Below are positions 18,966 to 27,766 of a DNA stretch of 64,000 nt, piece after piece. The first letter of the stretch is position 1. Each line of letters opens with the position of its first letter. The notes beneath the pieces were generated by a model. The model saw nothing but the letters and a program-made list of their open reading frames with translations, searched no databases and was not told the DNA's origin. The stretch lies in the sequence record PV158447.1. The stretch is one strand, 5' to 3'. The translations under genes and the position numbers were made by a program.

Positions 18966-20000
18966 ATGAAGAAAGAAATTACTTGCGTAAATGAATTCGA
19001 GAAATGGTATCTGGAACTTCTCACCACGGTTATGAATCTTGGTACGGTGAAATCTGACCGCACCGGTACCGGTACCCGTTCTCTGAGTTTTGCCAATTAC
19101 GTCCACGATCTACGTTCTGGACTTCCACACATTCGGAGTCGCTACCTCCGGCCTGATCGTCCTGGACGTGAGATGATCTGGATGTTGTCCGGTTCCAGCA
19201 ACGTGAAAGATCTTCAGGCTCTGGATGTTCCCTTCTGGAATGAGTTTGCGGATGAGACTGGTGAACTAGGTCCGGTATATGGTTACCTGTGGCGCCACTG
19301 GCCGAATGGGGACGGTACCGAGACCGATCAGATCAAGTACATCGAAGACCTGCTCAAGAATAATCCGGATTCTCGTCGGATGGTGGTTAACTGTTGGCAT
19401 CCTTCTTACATTCCGGAAAGTAGCACTTCCCCTAAGGAGAACTACAAGTTTGGGAAGCAAGCACTCACTCCTTGTCATTTCAACTGGGGAGTGGTTACTG
19501 AAGAACTTTCTTGGGCTGATCGGATGGCGTGGCTGAAAGAAAATATGCCGAGTCGTAACGCATCTCTTTACCCCGTTCATGGTGCCGGATGGGTAGAAGA
19601 AACTGTCGAGAAACTCGACCAGTGGGGTGTTCCCAAACGCTACCTGGATCTGTCGTTCAGTATGCGGAGTAATGACACTGTTCTAGGTCTTCCTGCCAAC
19701 TTCAACATGTACGCTCACCTGGCAGAGATGCTGGCTAAAACCAATAACATGATTCCTCGCTATTTGAGTTTCAATGGTGTTGGTGACGTCCACATGTACC
19801 TCGATCACATCAGGGGCGTGAAAGAGCAGTTGGCTTGGGTGAGGGATAATGAAGAGGCCGTTTACTCTCAAGTAACCAAGTTGAAGATCTTGAATGTTCG
19901 GGAATCGATCACGGAATACGTTCCGAGTGATTTTGAATACGAGAACTACAACAAGGAAGATGTGGGTCCTGCCATCAAGTTCCCGATTGCTGTCGGGTAG
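18966..20000 (+). CDS. thyA: Thymidylate synthase
   Basis: DRTGTGT, EMIWMLSG, LGPVYG, SRRMVV, PCH catalytic Cys, RSND..LGLPAN, GDVHMYLDH. Confidence 0.97.
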   Translation: MKKEITCVNEFEKWYLELLTTVMNLGTVKSDRTGTGTRSLSFANYVHDLRSGLPHIRSRYLRPDRPGREMIWMLSGSSNVKDLQALDVPFWNEFADETGELGPVYGYLWRHWPNGDGTETDQIKYIEDLLKNNPDSRRMVVNCWHPSYIPESSTSPKENYKFGKQALTPCHFNWGVVTEELSWADRMAWLKENMPSRNASLYPVHGAGWVEETVEKLDQWGVPKRYLDLSFSMRSNDTVLGLPANFNMYAHLAEMLAKTNNMIPRYLSFNGVGDVHMYLDHIRGVKEQLAWVRDNEEAVYSQVTKLKILNVRESITEYVPSDFEYENYNKEDVGPAIKFPIAVG

Positions 20001-20011
20001 ATCTAATGGAG

Positions 20012-20032
20012 TGTGGGGAGTAATTCCCCACA
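20012..20032 (+). terminator. Probable terminator hairpin after thyA
   Basis: TGTGGGGA-GTAAT-TCCCCACA followed by TTCTTCTTT. Confidence 0.55.
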
Positions 20033-20056
20033 TTCTTCTTTCGATAAGGATGAAAA

Positions 20057-20416
20057 ATGATTTTTGGGATAGAAACAATATTTGAACTGAACGTACTTTC
20101 ATTTCTGATTGTCATTACGTTCAGTTTGCTGGGTCACGGCGTGGGGGAATTGTTTTCTCTGAGACTGTTCCGTAAGGTGCGTCATAATGACCCTAAAACA
20201 ATGCTGAGAGCAAAGCACTTCATCACTGATGGATTTGGTGCCATCTTCTTAGCGTTTGCTTGTATGATCGTTCTGACGTCCGTGGGGAAAGAGCTGTCTG
20301 AATGGTTATTCATGGTTTATGTCGGAACCGCTACTGTTGGGTTCTTCCGATTCCTTTGGTGTAAGTATTGTGCGTTGAGTATTCGTGGTATTCCGGGTTG
20401 GATAGTCAAGGAGTAG
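20057..20416 (+). CDS. Membrane protein (119 aa, about 3 TM)
   Basis: AAGGA SD; hydrophobic segments. Confidence 0.75.
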   Translation: MIFGIETIFELNVLSFLIVITFSLLGHGVGELFSLRLFRKVRHNDPKTMLRAKHFITDGFGAIFLAFACMIVLTSVGKELSEWLFMVYVGTATVGFFRFLWCKYCALSIRGIPGWIVKE

Positions 20417-20418
20417 AG

Positions 20419-20571
20419 GTGGATAAAGTCGTAATTGGGATTCTCTTGATTGTATTGTTCTATTTACTTATCGTTTTGCATGGTGTCATCCAACGTCGTC
20501 GTTATTCCAAAAACAGTGTGAAGGATCAACGTAAAGTTTACAGTAGCCAACCAAGACGACCGAGAGGTTAG
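20419..20571 (+). CDS. Small single-TM protein (50 aa, GTG start)
   Basis: AAGGAG SD; hydrophobic N-terminus and basic tail. Confidence 0.6.
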   Translation: MDKVVIGILLIVLFYLLIVLHGVIQRRRYSKNSVKDQRKVYSSQPRRPRG

Positions 20572-20572
20572 T

Positions 20573-20767
20573 GTGAGTTTATATTTAGCAGAGCTGGTCT
20601 CTGGATTGTTGATTCTTTTGGTGACAGGGATCTTCTTTTTAACGAAACATCGTCGATTACGTAAACGTGTTACTCGAGATCAAGTTTATATTACCTTTCT
20701 AACATTTGCTGTGATGTTAACAGGGTTCCTGTGGACATTACTATTTTCAACCATTAGTTCTAATTAA
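20573..20767 (+). CDS. Small two-TM protein (64 aa, GTG start)
   Basis: GAGG SD; two hydrophobic helices separated by KHRRLRKR. Confidence 0.65.
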   Translation: MSLYLAELVSGLLILLVTGIFFLTKHRRLRKRVTRDQVYITFLTFAVMLTGFLWTLLFSTISSN

Positions 20768-20783
20768 TTTTGGGAATAAAGAA

Positions 20784-21452
20784 ATGACAAATAAGAAAAT
20801 TATCCTTGCTTTTGATATGGATGACACACTGGTGCGTACCGGGGAATATCTCCATTTCAATCTCCGTCACTTGTTGAAGATGGAATCTCGTCCTGATCTG
20901 ATCGCTGAAATTGATGAACTCAGGGAGAAGGGATACTCTACTATGAACTATCCTCTTCATTTGAAAGAACTGATCGACAAACATTTTGTTGGAACAGGTC
21001 AGTTTATGTTGGATGCCCAGCCCAGTGAATTGTGTTCTCTCAAAGACATCTCATCTCTTCGAGATCTCCTGCAAGAATTCCAGGGTATTATCATTCCGCT
21101 CATTTGTACTCACCGTGGATTCCACGAATATGGGGACCAGTACACCCGGGTCTGGATTGAGCGACGAGGGCTTTCCACCCTATTCGGGAATGTTCACTGT
21201 ATCGATCCACAAGAACACAAAGATAAGATCGTTTATCTGAAAAGTCTTTATCCTGATGACGAAATCGTTCTGGTTGACGACAATCCGCTGGGTAAACACG
21301 ATGGTGTCCATGAATTCCGTAAAGAGATTCTTCTTTACGAAGAAGAGAACCCCCTCACTGCCTACGGTGAAATGAAGAAAATCAAATCCATGAACTGTGT
21401 TATCGAACACGTTTCTGAACTCGTATATCAACTGAAAGGATGGGAAGCATAA
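20784..21452 (+). CDS. HAD-superfamily hydrolase (putative nucleotidase)
   Basis: LAFDMDDTL (motif I), ICTHRG, K, LVDDNP (motif IV). Confidence 0.8.
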   Translation: MTNKKIILAFDMDDTLVRTGEYLHFNLRHLLKMESRPDLIAEIDELREKGYSTMNYPLHLKELIDKHFVGTGQFMLDAQPSELCSLKDISSLRDLLQEFQGIIIPLICTHRGFHEYGDQYTRVWIERRGLSTLFGNVHCIDPQEHKDKIVYLKSLYPDDEIVLVDDNPLGKHDGVHEFRKEILLYEEENPLTAYGEMKKIKSMNCVIEHVSELVYQLKGWEA

Positions 21453-21946
21453 TGGCTCACGAATTGGTTTGGGTAGACTACAATAACTACAACGAAATGC
21501 TGACTCCGGAACAACAAAAGAAGTTGGTAGCAATCGCTACCTCTCTTCAACGATTGGAAAAAGAGTGGGTTGTTTTTAACCACGAGAAAAACCGTCCTGT
21601 CCGGTTGTACAATTACCTGGAAGATCTTTTCTACGTTCCTTGGGAGAACCACGGTATCGGTCTGGTTGTGCTGAAGGTAGATGGTGAACCAATTGGTATG
21701 TATCAGGTTGTGTTGGATGAATCTGATCTCTCGGTTGGGACCATCCTTACTGTCGCAATCGATGAAGAACACCGCAACAAAGGTTATGGGAAAATCCTTA
21801 TGCAGGAATCCAGTCACCTGCTGTCGGAACGCGGTATCTTCACAACCCAACTTTCTTTTGACAGCTCCAATCCCGTTGCCAAGAAGTTTTATACTTCCCT
21901 GGGTTATATTGAACGTACCATAGTAATGATGAAAGGACCGAAGTAA
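21452..21946 (+). CDS. GNAT-family acetyltransferase (164 aa)
   Basis: VAIDEEHRNKGYGKILM acetyl-CoA motif A; NPVAKKFYTSLGY motif B. Confidence 0.9.
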   Translation: MAHELVWVDYNNYNEMLTPEQQKKLVAIATSLQRLEKEWVVFNHEKNRPVRLYNYLEDLFYVPWENHGIGLVVLKVDGEPIGMYQVVLDESDLSVGTILTVAIDEEHRNKGYGKILMQESSHLLSERGIFTTQLSFDSSNPVAKKFYTSLGYIERTIVMMKGPK

Positions 21947-22483
21947 ATGACCAACACAATCGTCAGTATGATCATGGCTCATGATGCTCTTGGTGGTGTG
22001 GCAATTGATAACCATCTTCCCTGGAAGCACAACAAAGAAGATATGGAGTGGTTTGTTAAACAGACTAAAGGTAAGGTAGTGGTGATGGGTCGTAAGACTT
22101 GGGAATCACTTCCTATTAAACCACTTCCTGGTCGAATCAATATTGTTCTTACCGCGACTCCCATTCCCGGTGTAGAAACCTTTAGTACGGTAGAAGCGAT
22201 TCTGGAACGCTGTGAGGGCATTCCAGAGATTATGGTCATGGGTGGTCCCCAAGTGTACAAAGCGTTTTCAGAACACGTTACACGCGCTTACATTACTCGT
22301 ATCGGATCGATCAACCCTTCGGACATCTCTCTTGCTCAAGAAAGTCACCCTTGGGAAGATTGGGACATGGTTTATTTTGATACACTGACAAGTGAAACAA
22401 CTTCATTTGTGGTTTATCAAGATCTGGATAATCCTGGTCTGGACATTTATTTTACCAAAGGCATGGTCTCTGAGAAGGAATGA
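21947..22483 (+). CDS. folA: Dihydrofolate reductase
   Basis: LPWKHNKEDM, VVMGRKTWESLP, PLPGRINIVLT, GGPQVY. Confidence 0.95.
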   Translation: MTNTIVSMIMAHDALGGVAIDNHLPWKHNKEDMEWFVKQTKGKVVVMGRKTWESLPIKPLPGRINIVLTATPIPGVETFSTVEAILERCEGIPEIMVMGGPQVYKAFSEHVTRAYITRIGSINPSDISLAQESHPWEDWDMVYFDTLTSETTSFVVYQDLDNPGLDIYFTKGMVSEKE

Positions 22484-22486
22484 ATT

Positions 22487-22726
22487 ATGTCTCCTGAAAT
22501 GTGGTTCTGGTTTTGGTGCGTGATCGGAGTGATAGGGGTTGTCGTTTATTTGTATGTCGGAGTTACTTTGCTCAACCAAGTCTGGTGGACCTTTGGCGAA
22601 CCTCCTAAAACGAGATGGAAGTATCATTGGTATCAAGTTAAAATGTTGAGTATTGTGGTGGGTTATCCGATCTGGACAATCTTTCTAAGTATACGATATC
22701 TTTTTCAAAAGGATGAAATCCAATAA
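22487..22726 (+). CDS. Small two-TM membrane protein (79 aa)
   Basis: AAGGA SD; resembles the 11643..11867 product. Confidence 0.7.
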   Translation: MSPEMWFWFWCVIGVIGVVVYLYVGVTLLNQVWWTFGEPPKTRWKYHWYQVKMLSIVVGYPIWTIFLSIRYLFQKDEIQ

Positions 22727-22733
22727 CCGATTA

Positions 22734-22755
22734 GGGAGGGTCCGAAGACCCTCCC
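22734..22755 (+). terminator. Terminator hairpin
   Basis: GGGAGGGTC-CGAA-GACCCTCCC. Confidence 0.7.
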
Positions 22756-22770
22756 CTTGAGATTTATTTG

Positions 22771-22808
22771 TTCTATATTTTTTCAAATAGATATTATTAA
22801 GTTGTATA
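22771..22808 (+). promoter_or_regulatory. Phage early-type promoter, copy 4 (divergent 5' half)
   Basis: TTTTCAAATAGATATTATTAAGTTGTATA. Confidence 0.65.
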
Positions 22809-22827
22809 AACCAACGAGGTTATTTAG

Positions 22828-23577
22828 ATGTCTGATAAAGTAGAAGAGGTCCAAGAAGATAATCGTTGTTCCACGATCACATTGTTCGGTAATCTCGACA
22901 GTGAATCGACCAGTAAAGTACGAGGGATGGTCCTGCAAGACTTTGAGATGAAGGGTATTCGGGCTTTCGAGTTCCACGTAGGAACGGGTGGAGGTGCTAT
23001 GGCGAGTGCCCAAGGTTTAACCGACTACATCAGAACCTTGCACGACATTAAGGGAACTGTCATCCTCAGTGGGTTGTGTTGTTCCGCTGGTTGGAACTTC
23101 CTAACCTTGGGATTGACCACGCTAGCCTACCCCAATACTCTCTTTATGAATCACTCCGGTTCATACGAGGTAAACGGAACCGCGAAAGTTATTGCTAATA
23201 ACACCCTCGGTTATGAACGTGCATCCGCTGAAGCTGATCAACTGTTAATCGATAAAGCAGGGCTGAACAAGAAAGAGTACGAAGAACTTCATTGTTCAGG
23301 TGATAAATACTTCCTGGGTATTGACGCACTCTGGTATGGTACTCAAGGATTAGTCGATGGACTGATCATGAAAGATCTAGGTAGCACTGGCTGGATCGTA
23401 CTTACCCGAGAGGGATTGAAGTATTGGTCCTCAGCTATGGATGGGGGTCTTGCAGAAAGAACACTCCTCACTGACGAACAACTGGAAGAATATGGACTGA
23501 AGCAATATATCCCAACTCGACCAAAACAACCCAAGCCACAACCCAGTGGCAGCGACTTGGTTACATTCAGATCGTAA
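22828..23577 (+). CDS. ClpP-like serine protease
   Basis: ITLFGNLD, GTGGG (cf. SPGG), GLCCSAG (Ser), PNTLFMNH (His), GDKYF...ALWYG..GLVD (Asp). Confidence 0.8.
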   Translation: MSDKVEEVQEDNRCSTITLFGNLDSESTSKVRGMVLQDFEMKGIRAFEFHVGTGGGAMASAQGLTDYIRTLHDIKGTVILSGLCCSAGWNFLTLGLTTLAYPNTLFMNHSGSYEVNGTAKVIANNTLGYERASAEADQLLIDKAGLNKKEYEELHCSGDKYFLGIDALWYGTQGLVDGLIMKDLGSTGWIVLTREGLKYWSSAMDGGLAERTLLTDEQLEEYGLKQYIPTRPKQPKPQPSGSDLVTFRS

Positions 23578-23610
23578 TCAACAAACCACATTTAGTGTAA
23601 GGAAAATATC

Positions 23611-25206
23611 ATGTCTATTCTGAACGAACAAACTTTCACCAATTCTGCTGATACCCGTAAACTGGTGGACGAAGTTGTTGAATACGCAAAACAATCAGTC
23701 TGTTCTACCATGGGTCCGGAAGGTCAGTATGTGGTGATCAATAATAATAACAAACCGCTGGTGACTAAAGACGGCGTTTCGGTAGCCAAAGCCTTAGACT
23801 TCAACGAACCTCGCAGGAACCTGATCGCTAACATCATCATGGAACCGTCCATTAAGACCGATCAAGAAGTAGGTGATGGCACGACCACTACCGTCTTCAT
23901 GATGGAAGCGTTCTATTCGAAGTTCAAAGACCAGATGACATTCCGAGGTATTCGTTACCTGGACGGTTTGGTGGAACGGACCAGAAAGATTCTGAACGAC
24001 ATGGTCATTCCTGGGGATGTTCACTCCGAGCGTTTCCGCAAAATGTTGATGACCACCTCCAACTACGAAACCGAAATCGTCGATACTGTCCTGAAGATCT
24101 ACCGTGAATACGATAATCCGAACATCATTCTCCGTGAAGTCCCAAGCCTGCCTGAAGACACTGTCGAAACTAACACTCAGGTTTATGTTCCTGGTGGTTA
24201 TGCGGCTGATGAGTTCACTCCTCGGACTAACGCTGATGGGATCCGTGCTCTTGACGGAGTTGATGGATATCGGGTAGTGGTGATTGACCATCACTTCAGT
24301 AATGTGGATGCTGGTAAACTGGCTCAATTGGTTCTGGAAGATAAAAGCGCTCCGTATCAGAAACCGATTGTGATCTTTGCTCGTAACTTCGATCCTGTTG
24401 TATTGACTATTCTGAAGAACCAGATTCAACAACTGGGGGTAAACATCATTCCGTTCCGGATTGACGCAGGTGGCTCCATTGGCGCTGGTGTGGTACGTGA
24501 CCTCTGTGAAATCTTGGGTACAACTGCAATCTCTGACATGTCTGGTATCACTGAAACTCAATTGAAAGAGATTCATGTTCCAATGGTGCTTGGTCCTCGT
24601 GCTGTGTTCTTTGACCGTAAGGAGAACGAACATATTGATCAAGTCTGCGATGTTATCGTATCTGAGCTCCAAGCTCGTTACGACCAGATGACAGTAATTG
24701 ACCGTCAGACTCCGATTGGGCTCATTCTGATGGATCGTATCTCTCGTCTGAGCGGTTCTAACGTTATCATCAAAGTGACTGGTACAGTTCCCTCCGAAGC
24801 GAAGGAACGTTACTATCGTTTTGAAGACGCAATCAAAGCTGCAAAGACTGGTAAGATCTTTGGGGTACTTCCCGGTATCGGTTGTGGCTATCTGGGCGCT
24901 GCTAAGATCTTGTTTATGGAGTGTGATCCCAAGGATGCATTTGAAGAGAAACTCCTGATGGATTTCATCGAAGTCCTGGAGTCCCCTTATAAACACCTGA
25001 CAGGTCAGAACGATTACCAAACCAAGAATCAGAAACCTGCCCAGTTCCTGGACTTGGTCACTGGTGAAGTGAGTGAACGTGTTGACAACGTGTTCGATAA
25101 CGCTGCTGCAACGATGACAGCGCTGTCTGGCGGGTGGAGCACAGCAAAGACCTTGGCTAAGCTGAACAACATCATGGGTCGTTCCATGAAACAATATACC
25201 AAGTAA
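23611..25206 (+). CDS. Phage chaperonin (GroEL-like, 531 aa)
   Basis: TMGPEG, TKDGVSVAK, VGDGTTT, RFEDAIKAA, PGIGCG; no GGM tail. Confidence 0.93.
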   Translation: MSILNEQTFTNSADTRKLVDEVVEYAKQSVCSTMGPEGQYVVINNNNKPLVTKDGVSVAKALDFNEPRRNLIANIIMEPSIKTDQEVGDGTTTTVFMMEAFYSKFKDQMTFRGIRYLDGLVERTRKILNDMVIPGDVHSERFRKMLMTTSNYETEIVDTVLKIYREYDNPNIILREVPSLPEDTVETNTQVYVPGGYAADEFTPRTNADGIRALDGVDGYRVVVIDHHFSNVDAGKLAQLVLEDKSAPYQKPIVIFARNFDPVVLTILKNQIQQLGVNIIPFRIDAGGSIGAGVVRDLCEILGTTAISDMSGITETQLKEIHVPMVLGPRAVFFDRKENEHIDQVCDVIVSELQARYDQMTVIDRQTPIGLILMDRISRLSGSNVIIKVTGTVPSEAKERYYRFEDAIKAAKTGKIFGVLPGIGCGYLGAAKILFMECDPKDAFEEKLLMDFIEVLESPYKHLTGQNDYQTKNQKPAQFLDLVTGEVSERVDNVFDNAAATMTALSGGWSTAKTLAKLNNIMGRSMKQYTK

Positions 25207-25212
25207 GAAACA

Positions 25213-25234
25213 GTGGGGACCTTCGGGTTCCCAC
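25213..25234 (+). terminator. Terminator hairpin with UUCG loop
   Basis: GTGGGGACC-TTCG-GGTTCCCAC followed by a T-rich run. Confidence 0.75.
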
Positions 25235-25284
25235 TTTACTTCTTTCTATCTTTGTTTTTTTTTGTTTACTTGAATCGACATTCA

Positions 25285-25548
25285 ATGTTCAACAAATGGA
25301 TTTCTTTTATCATGATTACCTGGATTAAAACACACACCTACTTGAAGTGTGCCACACTCTTGTTAGCAATCTTTGTGGCGTACTCAGCTACGATGTTCGT
25401 TCCGTACCAATACGGAAATGTTTACGGACCTGCTGCAGTCTATGCGTTAGGTTCTCGTTTCTGGACCAAAGGTATTCATTTCACTAAATATGAAAGTGTG
25501 ATGATTCTGTTAGTCTTTATTTTCGATATCATTCTTCATTCTATTTAA
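25285..25548 (+). CDS. Membrane protein (about 87 aa; start uncertain)
   Basis: Several hydrophobic segments; the ORF-track start lies inside the terminator. Confidence 0.55.
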   Translation: MFNKWISFIMITWIKTHTYLKCATLLLAIFVAYSATMFVPYQYGNVYGPAAVYALGSRFWTKGIHFTKYESVMILLVFIFDIILHSI

Positions 25549-25561
25549 GAGAGAAACTGAA

Positions 25562-26263
25562 ATGGCTAAGAAAGTTTATTTTTATTATGGTCCGATGAAT
25601 TCGTCCAAAACTGCCCAACTGATCATGTCTGCTTACAACTATCGTGAACAAGCTAAGAATCCATTGATTCTGAAACCCAGTATCGATGTTCGCGATGGCG
25701 TGGACCCGCTGATCACTTGTCGTCCTGGTCTCTCTGCTGGCTGTACCTTGTTCGAAGTAAAGAACAATCTCTTTACCTTGGTGGCACATCTGGCTGGCGC
25801 TGAAGATCATCATTTCGATGTTTTCATGAGAGCAACCAGGTCGGCGATGCACGATGGATCCGCTGGCAGTTGTCATGACCGATTGGTTGAATTCGGAAAG
25901 AGTTTCGAGAAACGTGTTGACTGTGTTCTGGTTGACGAGGCCCAGTTCCTCACTCTGGCACAAGCTAAACAACTGACAGACATTGCCGACTATCTCGACA
26001 TCCCGGTTCTGGTCTTTGGTCTTCGTAATGACTTCCAATCTAATGCTTTCCCTGCCAGCAATTACCTGATGGCAAACGCAGAAGCCCTCCGAGAAACCAA
26101 AGGGGTTTGTTTCTGTGGTTCTAAAGCGACTCATGTTCTTCGTGTAGATGAAGAAGGGAAAGTCGTGAAAGAAGGGGAACAAATTTGTGTGGGCGGTAAT
26201 GATCGATATTTCTCAGTTTGTCGCTTCCACCATAAGGCAGGAATCTATAAACAGTCAAAATAA
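25562..26263 (+). CDS. tdk: Thymidine kinase
   Basis: GPMNSSKT, VDEAQFL, FGLRNDFQ, CFCGSKA, GGNDRYFSVCRFH. Confidence 0.95.
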   Translation: MAKKVYFYYGPMNSSKTAQLIMSAYNYREQAKNPLILKPSIDVRDGVDPLITCRPGLSAGCTLFEVKNNLFTLVAHLAGAEDHHFDVFMRATRSAMHDGSAGSCHDRLVEFGKSFEKRVDCVLVDEAQFLTLAQAKQLTDIADYLDIPVLVFGLRNDFQSNAFPASNYLMANAEALRETKGVCFCGSKATHVLRVDEEGKVVKEGEQICVGGNDRYFSVCRFHHKAGIYKQSK

Positions 26264-26274
26264 CGTTTACATTT

Positions 26275-26314
26275 AAGATCCATAATTTTTCAGACCTATA
26301 TTACTAAAGTGATA
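26275..26314 (+). promoter_or_regulatory. Phage early-type promoter, copy 5
   Basis: AAGATCCATAATTTTTCAGACCTATATTACTAAAGTGATA; exact TATATTAC at 26297-26304. Confidence 0.8.
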
Positions 26315-26368
26315 AACATGAATGATATTTCATGATTAACCTTAATTAACATATCTGGAGAATACAAA

Positions 26369-26803
26369 ATGGAAAACGTAAACATGAACGCTGCTCAAAC
26401 TTCCTCTTTCGGTCTGAACGAAGAAGCTATCGCTACCCTGGCCGAAGCTGCCAAAAGCAATCCTGGTTTCCCGCAGATGCCAGGAATGCCGATGATTGCC
26501 GATCACTCTGACAACATGCTGGGTCGTTACAACAATGCTGTCGCCGGTATGGTTGGCGGTCTGATTGCTGCTGGTCTGGAACTGGCCAGCCCGACCGGTA
26601 CCAAAGCGTCTGCTGCTTGTGCGGTCGTTGGTACTGCCGCCGCCGTTGTGCTGGGTCGTAAGGTTCATACCACCGCCCCGCAGAACAAGATCACCATGGG
26701 CGTCTCTGCTCTGATCGGTTTCAAAGCAGGTCGTTGTGTTGGTCGTCTGTCCGCCGAGTACTTCCCGCCGGTGATGGAAGTTCAAGTCGTAGAAGCTGAG
26801 TAA
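26369..26803 (+). CDS. Ala/Gly-rich hydrophobic protein (144 aa), monocistronic
   Basis: GGAG SD; strong CTG/GCT/GGT codon bias; own promoter and terminator. Confidence 0.85.
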   Translation: MENVNMNAAQTSSFGLNEEAIATLAEAAKSNPGFPQMPGMPMIADHSDNMLGRYNNAVAGMVGGLIAAGLELASPTGTKASAACAVVGTAAAVVLGRKVHTTAPQNKITMGVSALIGFKAGRCVGRLSAEYFPPVMEVQVVEAE

Positions 26804-26810
26804 GTTTGTG

Positions 26811-26838
26811 AGGATCCTACCCAATTGGGTAGGATCCT
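26811..26838. terminator. Intrinsic terminator hairpin
   Basis: AGGATCCTACCC-AATT-GGGTAGGATCCT followed by T tracts. Confidence 0.8.
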
Positions 26839-26929
26839 TTCTTACTTCTTTTTGTTTCTTTTTGTCATTTTATGACATCCCCTAAACCCTTAGGGAATTC
26901 AATTACCGTTTACCTTGTAAGGATAAAGA

Positions 26930-27634
26930 ATGAACACCATCCCAACTCCTTGGCAGTATTTCCTGGACGTCCTCTGTCTGAAACGGATCGAAGATACTCA
27001 GAAAGAAAACAACCCTCTCAAGCTTGAAAAGGTCATGGCATACTACGCTGATCTGAAAGAAGACGAAGTTGTTTTCAGTGCGCCCGTGTACCATGAGAAA
27101 CGTCTGAAACCTTCTGCGTCTTACTGGACAGTCAGTTATATCTGTCGTGGTCGTGGTTATCGCCGTGATGACATTACCTTCCGTGCACTTCCGATTGAAC
27201 CGATGTTGAATGGTAAAGCGGAGATTGCTTCTTCTGATCTGAAAGAGATTAAGAAAGAAGGTTTCTACTTCGATCGTGTCACTGGGCAGTACCACTTGCT
27301 AATCTCTAAAGAGATGAATCTGTGGGAAGCACTGAAACTGACTGGTTATCGTTTCGATCCCAGTTTCTATTCTTTCACCGAGTTTGATGATTATCACGGT
27401 AATCTGAATGCTCATGGTTTTGTGAAAGTTCAGTATCCGTTCCTGGAAGGTCGTATCTTTATTAACTACCTGGTTGAAGAACCCAAGGTTGAACCGGTTG
27501 TGGAAGTTCAAGAAGAACCTCCTGTAGTCGCCGAGACCGAACCGACCGTTGAAGAACAGGAAGAAGTTGTAGAGACTTCTGATGAAACTCCTGTTGCACC
27601 GAAACCTTATCAGAGTTTCAAAAAGAAACGTTAA
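26930..27634 (+). CDS. Hypothetical protein with acidic Pro/Glu tail (234 aa)
   Basis: AAGGA SD. Confidence 0.85.
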   Translation: MNTIPTPWQYFLDVLCLKRIEDTQKENNPLKLEKVMAYYADLKEDEVVFSAPVYHEKRLKPSASYWTVSYICRGRGYRRDDITFRALPIEPMLNGKAEIASSDLKEIKKEGFYFDRVTGQYHLLISKEMNLWEALKLTGYRFDPSFYSFTEFDDYHGNLNAHGFVKVQYPFLEGRIFINYLVEEPKVEPVVEVQEEPPVVAETEPTVEEQEEVVETSDETPVAPKPYQSFKKKR

Positions 27635-27647
27635 GTCAATACCTTAG

Positions 27648-27677
27648 GAGAGTAGAGACCTTCGGGTCTCTACTCTC
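27648..27677 (+). terminator. Terminator hairpin with UUCG loop
   Basis: GAGAGTAGAGACC-TTCG-GGTCTCTACTCTC. Confidence 0.8.
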
Positions 27678-27684
27678 TACATTT

Positions 27685-27724
27685 AAGCTCCATTTTATTT
27701 CAGACATATATTATTACAGTGTAG
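27685..27724 (+). promoter_or_regulatory. Phage early-type promoter, copy 6
   Basis: AAGCTCCATTTTATTTCAGACATATATTATTACAGTGTAG. Confidence 0.75.
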
Positions 27725-27766
27725 ATCGATCTTGATCTCTTTAACTTAGGAAAAAGGATTCTAGTA

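Noticed and set aside
18966-20000. thyA as a dCMP hydroxymethylase (modified-base system)
   Set aside because: Retains the dUMP-specific Asn (LGLPAN); no glycosyltransferase or other modification genes seen in the window
23794-25194. 466-aa minus-strand ORF antisense to the chaperonin
   Set aside because: Mirror frame of a strongly biased gene; no recognisable domain
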